Source: a virus
Taxonomy: Duplodnaviria; Heunggongvirae; Uroviricota; Caudoviricetes
IMG/VR virus record: IMGVR_UViG_2541047682_000003
DNA: 24,435 nucleotides
Reading direction: 5' to 3' (one strand)
Positions 18,713-24,435 of this stretch are shown here, piece after piece. Below the pieces are notes generated by a model. That model worked only from the letters and a program-made list of their open reading frames with translations. It searched no databases and was not told where the DNA came from. The position numbers and the translations under genes were made by a program. Numbering within the stretch: the stretch's first letter is position 1; every line of letters begins with the position of its first letter.

Positions 18713-19170
18713 ACAGAGTAACCGCGATTATCTCCGCTCTGGTTATCTGCATCATCGTCTGCCTGTCATGGGCTGTTAATCATTACCGTGATAACGCCAT
18801 TACCTACAAAGCCCAGCGCGACAAAAATGCCAGAGAACTGACGCTGGCGAACGCGGTAATTACTGACATACAGATGCGTCAGCGTGATGTTGCTGCGCTC
18901 GATGCAAAATACACGAAGGAGTTAGCTGATGCGAAAGCTGAAAATGATGCTCTGCGTGATGATGTTGCCGCTGGTCGTCGTCGGTTGCACATCAAAGCAG
19001 TCTGTCAGTCAGTGCGTGAAGCCACCACCGCCTCCGGCGTGGATAATGCAGCCTCCCCCCGACTGGCAGACACCGCTGAACGGGATTATTTCACCCTCAG
19101 AGAGAGGCTGATCACTATGCAAAAACAACTGGAAGGAACCCAGAAGTATATTAATGAGCAGTGCAGATAG
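18709..19170 (+). CDS. Rz: Rz inner-membrane spanin
   Basis: 153 codons from [21 protein letters not shown] (N-terminal TM) with a coiled-coil-like remainder; ATGA overlap with the endolysin. Confidence 0.85.
18929..19111 (+). CDS. Rz1: Rz1 outer-membrane lipoprotein spanin, embedded in Rz in the +1 frame
   Basis: 60-aa ORF with lipobox LVVVGC and a proline-rich body ([13 protein letters not shown]); fully nested in Rz. Confidence 0.8.
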   Translation: MRKLKMMLCVMMLPLVVVGCTSKQSVSQCVKPPPPPAWIMQPPPDWQTPLNGIISPSERG

Positions 19171-19201
19171 AGCTGCCCATATCGATGGGCAACTCATGCA
19201 A

Positions 19202-19495
19202 TTATTGTGAGCAATACACACGCGCTTCCAGCGGAGTATAAATGCCTAAAGTAATAAAACCGAGCAATCCATTTACGAATGTTTGCTGGGTTTCTGTTTT
19301 AACAACATTTTCTGCACCACCACAAATTTTTGCTGCATCGACAGTTTTCTTCTGCCCAATTCCCGAAACGAAGAAATGATGGGTGATGGTTTCCTTTGGT
19401 GTTACTGCTGTAGGTTTGTTTCCAACAGTAAACGTCTGTTGAGCACATCCTGTAATAAGCATTGCCAGAGCGGCAGAAAACAACATTTTTTTCAT
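19202..19495 (-). CDS. bor: Bor lipoprotein (serum-resistance)
   Basis: 97 codons from MKKMLFSAALAMLITGCAQQ (lipobox); matches lambda Bor as recalled. Confidence 0.92.
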   Translation of the reverse strand: MKKMLFSAALAMLITGCAQQTFTVGNKPTAVTPKETITHHFFVSGIGQKKTVDAAKICGGAENVVKTETQQTFVNGLLGFITLGIYTPLEARVYCSQ

Positions 19496-19677
19496 CTTAT
19501 TATCCTGCATTGTTAAAAACGGCAGAATCCTATGTGACAACAATTAAACGATAGTTAAATGGATTGATGAAAATTAAAACTACACAGGTGGGCTCAGACT
19601 ATTGGAGGAAGTTGGGGACACTCAGAATCCTGTGGAATGAAATAAACCGGTCTATCCGTCCATTACTGGATTTGCCC

Positions 19678-20583
19678 CTATATTTCCAGACACCTGTTAT
19701 CACTTAACCCATTACTGGCTTGCTGCCGCAGATATTCCCGTGGCGAGCGATAACCCAGTGCACTATGCGGATGCCATTCGTTATAATGCTCGAACGCCTC
19801 TGCAAGGTTCTTTGCTGCCGTTAACCCGTCTGGTTTGGGCATGACACTGATGTAGTCACGCTTTATCGTTTTCACGAAGCTCTCTGCTATGCCGTTACTC
19901 TCCGGACTCCGCACCGCCGTGCTCTTCGGTTCAAGCCCCAACATCCGGGCAAACTGCCGTGTTTCATTAGCCCGGTAGCATGAACCATTATCCGTCAGCC
20001 ACTCTACTGGAGACGCCGGAAGCTCGTTGCCGAAGCGGCGTTCCACCGCTCCCAGCATGACGTCCTGTACTGTTTCACTGTTGAAGCCGCCCGTAGTGAC
20101 CGCCCAGTGCAGTGCCTCACGGTCACAGCAGTCCAGCGCGAACGTGACTCGCAGTTTTTCTCCGTTATCACAGCGGAACTCGAACCCGTCAGAGCACCAT
20201 CGCTGATTACTTTCTTTCACAGCCACTCTGCCTGTATGTGCCCGTTTCGATGGCGGTACAGCAGGTTTTCGCTCAAGCAACAGCGCATTCTGGCGCATGA
20301 TCCGGTAAACACGTTTGGCATTGATCGCAGGCATACCATCAAGTTCTGCCTGTCTGCGAAGCAGCGCCCATACCCGACGATAACCATACGTGGGCAGCTC
20401 TCCGATAACATGGTGTATACGGAGAAGCACATCCGTATCATCAGTGTGACGACTGCGGCGGCCATCCATCCAGTCATCGGTTCGTCTGAGAATGACGTGC
20501 AACTGCGCACGCGACACCCGGAGACAACGGCTGACTAAGCTTACTCCCCATCCCCGGGCAATAAGGGCGCGTGCGCTATCCAC
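19678..20583 (-). CDS. insD: IS2 InsD (OrfB transposase)
   Basis: 301-aa [26 protein letters not shown]...; overlaps insC for the frameshift fusion. Confidence 0.92.
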
Positions 20584-20906
20584 TTTTTTGCCCGTCCATA
20601 TTCAACGGCTTCTTTGAGGAGTTCATTTTCCATCGTTTTCTTGCCGAGCAGGCGCTGGAGTTCTTTAATCTGCTTCATGGCGGCAGCAAGTTCAGAGGCA
20701 GGAACAACCTGTTCTCCGGCGGCGACAGCAGTAAGACTTCCTTCCTGGTATTGCTTACGCCAGAGAAATAACTGGCTGGCTGCCACACCGTGTTGCCGGG
20801 CAACGAGGGAGACCGTCATCCCTGGTTCAAAGCTCTGCTGAACAATTGCGATCTTTTCCTGTGTGGTACGCCGTCTGCGTTTCTCCGGTCCTAAGACATC
20901 AATCAT
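20541..20906 (-). CDS. insC: IS2 InsC (OrfA, HTH)
   Basis: 121 codons from [25 protein letters not shown]... Confidence 0.9.
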
Positions 20907-21311
20907 CTGCTCTCCAATGACTAGTCTAAAAACTAGTATTAAGACTATCACTTAAATAAGTGATATTGGTTGTCTGGAGATTCAGGGGGCCAGTCTAATT
21001 ACCCTTTTAGCTGCGCTGTATCGTCGCCGTATTCCCGCATTAACCATGACCGTAGCCCGACGGGGAATTCCTTCTGCGTGAGTGTGCGGGAATAATTAAA
21101 AACGATGCACACCGGGTTTTTACCGCGTTAATGATTCGCGGGTTTATCCCGGTGCGATGGTGGAAGAAACAGGAAGCTGTATTACAGAAAGTGCTACTAC
21201 TGTATCCCGATGCGATGTATGTAATGTGAGTCAGATAATGGCACAGGATGTGGTGATGTGGCAGTCTGGAACACAGGATATATTGTCAGAATAAGACCCG
21301 TAGGAATAAAA

Positions 21312-21638
21312 ATGAAAAGACGCCTTTTACTACTTTTTCTGTTATCTGTCCTGGCAGTGGGATGCTCGCAGCAAAAAGCTGATGAGCCCCGGCAATTAGT
21401 GACGGTGTATCCACGATATCCGGAATATGCTGCAGCAAATTATATCAAGGGGCTGGTTGAGGTTAAGTTCGATATTGGTGCTGATGGGACTGTGACACGG
21501 ATCGTTTTTCTCCGCTCAGAGCCTCATAATTTGTTTCGTGATGAAGTGGTGAAGGCCATGGCGAAATGGCGATTTGAAAAGAATCGCCCCTGTCAGGGAG
21601 TGAAGAGACAATTTATCTTTACGCCGTCACGTCCTTGA
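21312..21638 (+). CDS. Lipoprotein consisting of a TonB C-terminal domain
   Basis: 108 codons from MKRRLLLLFLLSVLAVGCSQQ (signal peptide + lipobox, RBS AGGA). The remainder aligns with the TonB C-terminal domain as recalled (YPRYPEYAAANYIKGLVEVKFDIGADGTVTRIVFLRSEPHNLFRDEVVKAMAKWRFE vs TonB [54 protein letters not shown]). Confidence 0.75.
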   Translation: MKRRLLLLFLLSVLAVGCSQQKADEPRQLVTVYPRYPEYAAANYIKGLVEVKFDIGADGTVTRIVFLRSEPHNLFRDEVVKAMAKWRFEKNRPCQGVKRQFIFTPSRP

Positions 21639-21760
21639 TGCTTCCAGGTAGAGAGGGGCTGGAAGCAGGAGAAAAATGAAAGAGCCAGCGGTTATATTTT
21701 TGTCATGGCTGACGAGGAATGATGGAAGAAGGCGTTGTATGCCACACAACGCCTCACTGT

Positions 21761-21940
21761 TCATTTCTTCTTTTTCTCTGGTGGAACCCGATGAATAAGA
21801 GTTGCACTGGTTTCCGATGAGATGGCGATATACTCGGGCAAAGTATGCTGGCAGTTTTCCAACTGGTCAAAAATACCTGCTCTCGTCTGTTGCAATGCCT
21901 GCAGCATGCGGCGGCAATGCGCCTTGCTTTTACTAACCAT
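21761..21940 (-). CDS. Hypothetical 59-aa protein
   Basis: Start taken at MVSKSKAHCRRMLQ (ATG 21940) preceded by a good RBS (GAGGAAGG). The longer 117-aa reading of the ORF track lacks an RBS and overlaps the next gene. Confidence 0.4.
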   Translation of the reverse strand: MVSKSKAHCRRMLQALQQTRAGIFDQLENCQHTLPEYIAISSETSATLIHRVPPEKKKK

Positions 21941-22001
21941 CTTTCCTTCCTCTATCAGTCGCTGCGTGAACTCATCATGGAATACCAGGTAAATGCGGAT
22001 G

Positions 22002-22253
22002 TTATCGGTTTTGGCTACGCAGCATAGTACAAAACGGACAGGTGCATCCCGGGACGGGGGAGGCGTCACATGTCCCTGTGATGGTTGTTCCGGGTAATGT
22101 ACTGTGTGGGGCATAAAAATGTCCGATAATTTTACTTTCTACCGCAGTTAGTTGATTCGTTGGTCCTGGTAGCACATTGGGCGAGGATTTAAATGCCAGG
22201 CAACTGAAGGATGATGTCGCAAGGGAGATAGCGAGAATATTTCTGATTTTCAT
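22002..22253 (-). CDS. Small secreted cysteine-rich protein
   Basis: 83 codons from MKIRNILAISLATSSFSCLA (signal-peptide-like; RBS GAGG), with a C-terminal Cys cluster TGTCDASPVPGCTCPFCT. Confidence 0.5.
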   Translation of the reverse strand: MKIRNILAISLATSSFSCLAFKSSPNVLPGPTNQLTAVESKIIGHFYAPHSTLPGTTITGTCDASPVPGCTCPFCTMLRSQNR

Positions 22254-22401
22254 TTGATGATGCCTCTGTGTGAAATGACGGTAAACGACGCACTTGTGCC
22301 GGCACATAATAGCAAGCACCATAATAGATCAGATTCGATTCTTGCTGTAAGTGATAATTATTCTCGTTTTCGGGTCCTTTCCGTCGATCCAACAGGTTAC
22401 G

Positions 22402-22413
22402 GGGCGGCGACCT
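22402..22413 (+). other. cosN: the 12-nt lambda cohesive-end sequence
   Basis: Exact GGGCGGCGACCT followed by CGCGGTTTTTCACTATTTATGAAAATTTT, a close match to the lambda cos region as recalled, about 180 bp upstream of Nu1. Confidence 0.9.
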
Positions 22414-22589
22414 CGCGGTTTTTCACTATTTATGAAAATTTTTCAGGGAAAATCGTGTCGGTACTTCTCGAATATAACTTTTTGTTTTTTTTAATATTGC
22501 ATCCGTAAAGGTCCGACATGAAAGTGTCCGAAAATGCCTTTTTCTGGCGTTTTCATGTCGGGCCTTGTATTTGATAATGGGTTGTTTTC
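22414..22589 (+). promoter_or_regulatory. cosB: terminase small-subunit binding region
   Basis: Between cosN and the Nu1 start; contains an inverted pair CCGACATGAAA (22513-22523) and TTTCATGTCGG (22551-22561) and AT-rich bendable segments. Individual R and IHF sites not assigned. Confidence 0.6.
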
Positions 22590-23138
22590 ATGAAGGTTAA
22601 TAAAAAGAGGCTTGCCGAAATTTTCAACGTGGACCCGCGGACGATTGAACGCTGGCAGTCTCAGGGACTCCCTTGCGCCTCCAAAGGTAGTAAGGGCATT
22701 GAATCTGTATTTGATACTGCCATGGCAATTCAGTGGTATGCGCAGAGGGAAACTGATATCGAAAACGAAAAGCTCCGCAAAGAACTGGCCGATTTGCGTG
22801 CGGCAGCGGAGTCAGATTTACAACCCGGCACCATTGACTATGAACGCTACCGGCTCACAAAAGCGCAGGCAGATGCGCAGGAACTGAAAAATGCCCGTGA
22901 AGACGGAGTAGTGCTGGAAACTGAACTGTTTACCTTCATTCTGCAACGTGTGGCACAGGAGATTTCGGGGATACTTGTGCGTGTGCCGTTGACATTACAG
23001 CGTAAATATCCGGACATTTCACCATCACACCTTGATGTGGTGAAAACTGAAATCGCGAAAGCCTCCAATGTTGCAGCTAAGGCCGGTGAAAACGTGGGCG
23101 GGTGGATCGATGATTTCAGACGCGCAGAAGGCAGCTAA
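22590..23138 (+). CDS. nu1: Terminase small subunit (Nu1-like)
   Basis: 182-aa ORF resembling lambda gpNu1 as recalled ([12 protein letters not shown]...[15 protein letters not shown]...[29 protein letters not shown]). Confidence 0.93.
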   Translation: MKVNKKRLAEIFNVDPRTIERWQSQGLPCASKGSKGIESVFDTAMAIQWYAQRETDIENEKLRKELADLRAAAESDLQPGTIDYERYRLTKAQADAQELKNAREDGVVLETELFTFILQRVAQEISGILVRVPLTLQRKYPDISPSHLDVVKTEIAKASNVAAKAGENVGGWIDDFRRAEGS

Positions 23139-24435
23139 TGCAGCCGGTGCGATAGCTACAGGGCTTTTATCTCTCATTATTCCTGTTCCACTGACGACAG
23201 TTCAGTGGGCCAATAAACATTATTACCTTCCTAAAGAGTCGTCTTATACCCCGGGGCGATGGGAAACACTGCCGTTTCAGGTTGGCATCATGAACTGTAT
23301 GGGCAACGATCTGATTCGCACGGTTAACCTGATTAAATCTGCCCGTGTTGGTTATACAAAGATGTTGCTGGGAGTGGAGGCTTATTTTATTGAGCATAAA
23401 TCACGCAACAGCCTTCTTTTTCAGCCCACGGACTCAGCTGCTGAAGATTTTATGAAATCTCATGTTGAGCCAACGATAAGGGATGTTCCTGCATTGCTGG
23501 AGCTGGCTCCATGGTTCGGAAGAAAACACCGCGATAATACGCTCACCCTGAAGCGTTTTTCCTCCGGTGTGGGGTTCTGGTGTCTGGGTGGTGCGGCAGC
23601 AAAAAACTACCGTGAAAAATCCGTGGATGTGGTCTGTTATGACGAGCTTTCCTCGTTCGAACCGGATGTTGAAAAAGAGGGTTCGCCAACCCTGCTGGGG
23701 GATAAACGTATTGAGGGCTCTGTATGGCCAAAATCCATTCGCGGCTCGACGCCTAAAATCAAAGGCTCCTGCCAGATCGAAAAAGCCGCTAACGAGTCGG
23801 CACACTTCATGCGTTTTTATGTGCCCTGTCCGCACTGTGGGGAGGAGCAGTATCTGAAATTTGGCGATGATGCCTCGCCTTTCGGTCTTAAGTGGGAGAA
23901 GAATAAGCCAGAAAGTGTTTTCTACCTTTGTGAGCATCATGGCTGTGTGATCCATCAGTCTGAGCTTGACCAGAGTAACGGGCGGTGGATCTGTGAAAAC
24001 ACGGGCATGTGGACCCGTGACGGCCTGATGTTTTTCAGCGCCCGGGGTGATGAAATTCCGCCGCCGCGCTCCATCACTTTCCATATCTGGACGGCGTACA
24101 GTCCGTTCACCACCTGGGTACAGATTGTCTATGACTGGCTGGATGCACTGAAAGATCCCAACGGCCTGAAAACCTTTGTGAACACCACGCTGGGCGAGAC
24201 CTGGGAAGAGGCCGTGGGCGAAAAACTCGATCACCAGGTGCTGATGGATAAGGTTGTGCGTTACACGGCTGCGGTGCCTTCCCGGGTGGTTTATCTGACG
24301 GCGGGCATTGACTCGCAGCGAAACCGTTTTGAGATGTATGTCTGGGGATGGGCTCCGGGAGAGGAAGCCTTTCTGGTGGATAAAATCATCATTATGGGGC
24401 GTCCCGATGAGGAAGAGACGCTGTTACGTGTGGAT
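23110..24435 (+). CDS. A: Terminase large subunit (gpA-like), 3' end beyond the window
   Basis: Hand-translated open frame from ATG 23110 ([13 protein letters not shown]...[20 protein letters not shown]...) to the window end; resembles lambda gpA as recalled, including the Walker-type region and ...[17 protein letters not shown]...; overlaps nu1 by 29 nt. Not in the ORF track because it has no stop in the window. Confidence 0.93.
   Translation, partial: MISDAQKAANAAGAIATGLLSLIIPVPLTTVQWANKHYYLPKESSYTPGRWETLPFQVGIMNCMGNDLIRTVNLIKSARVGYTKMLLGVEAYFIEHKSRNSLLFQPTDSAAEDFMKSHVEPTIRDVPALLELAPWFGRKHRDNTLTLKRFSSGVGFWCLGGAAAKNYREKSVDVVCYDELSSFEPDVEKEGSPTLLGDKRIEGSVWPKSIRGSTPKIKGSCQIEKAANESAHFMRFYVPCPHCGEEQYLKFGDDASPFGLKWEKNKPESVFYLCEHHGCVIHQSELDQSNGRWICENTGMWTRDGLMFFSARGDEIPPPRSITFHIWTAYSPFTTWVQIVYDWLDALKDPNGLKTFVNTTLGETWEEAVGEKLDHQVLMDKVVRYTAAVPSRVVYLTAGIDSQRNRFEMYVWGWAPGEEAFLVDKIIIMGRPDEEETLLRVD

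Larger units (their letters stand above)
19667..20997 (-). mobile_element. IS2 insertion sequence, 1331 bp
   Basis: IS2 termini (TGGATTTGCCCC... at 19667; ...GGAGATTCAGGGGGCCAGTCTA at 20997), insC/insD inside, flanked by a perfect 5-bp direct repeat ATTAC (19662-19666 and 20998-21002). Confidence 0.93.

Noticed and set aside
20107-20841. Several 66-143-aa ORFs inside IS2
   Set aside because: Antisense or alternate frames of insC/insD.
21761-22322. Longer ORF-track readings (117 aa and 106 aa) for the two minus-strand morons
   Set aside because: The extended N-termini overlap each other by more than 100 nt and lack RBSs; the internal ATGs at 21940 and 22253 have good RBSs and give non-overlapping genes.
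23434-24234. 266-aa minus-strand ORF
   Set aside because: Antisense to the well-supported terminase large-subunit frame, with no RBS or homology; a chance ORF in GC-rich coding DNA.

Overview
This window is the left ~24 kb of an integrated lambda-type (lambdoid) prophage in an Escherichia/Shigella-like host. It runs from the integrase stop codon (attL must lie just left of position 1) through the exo-xis accessory region, exo-bet-gam, kil-cIII-ea10-ral-sieB, an N/cI/cro/cII immunity region, O-P replication (with ori iterons), a ren/nin/rusA/Q block, a porin moron, an S21-type lysis cassette (pinholin, SAR endolysin, Rz/Rz1), bor, cos, and the first terminase genes (Nu1 and a 3'-truncated A). 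Two insertion sequences are present: an IS911-like element that splits the N antiterminator gene, and an IS2 copy downstream of bor. The most interesting feature is an uncharacterised, AT-rich, translationally coupled two-gene operon immediately downstream of cI, in the slot lambda uses for rexA-rexB; I propose it as a candidate lysogen-expressed defence or exclusion module. A second candidate is a lipoprotein made of only a TonB C-terminal domain, in the moron hotspot between bor and cos. All protein identifications are from recollection of family sequences and motifs, not from database searches.
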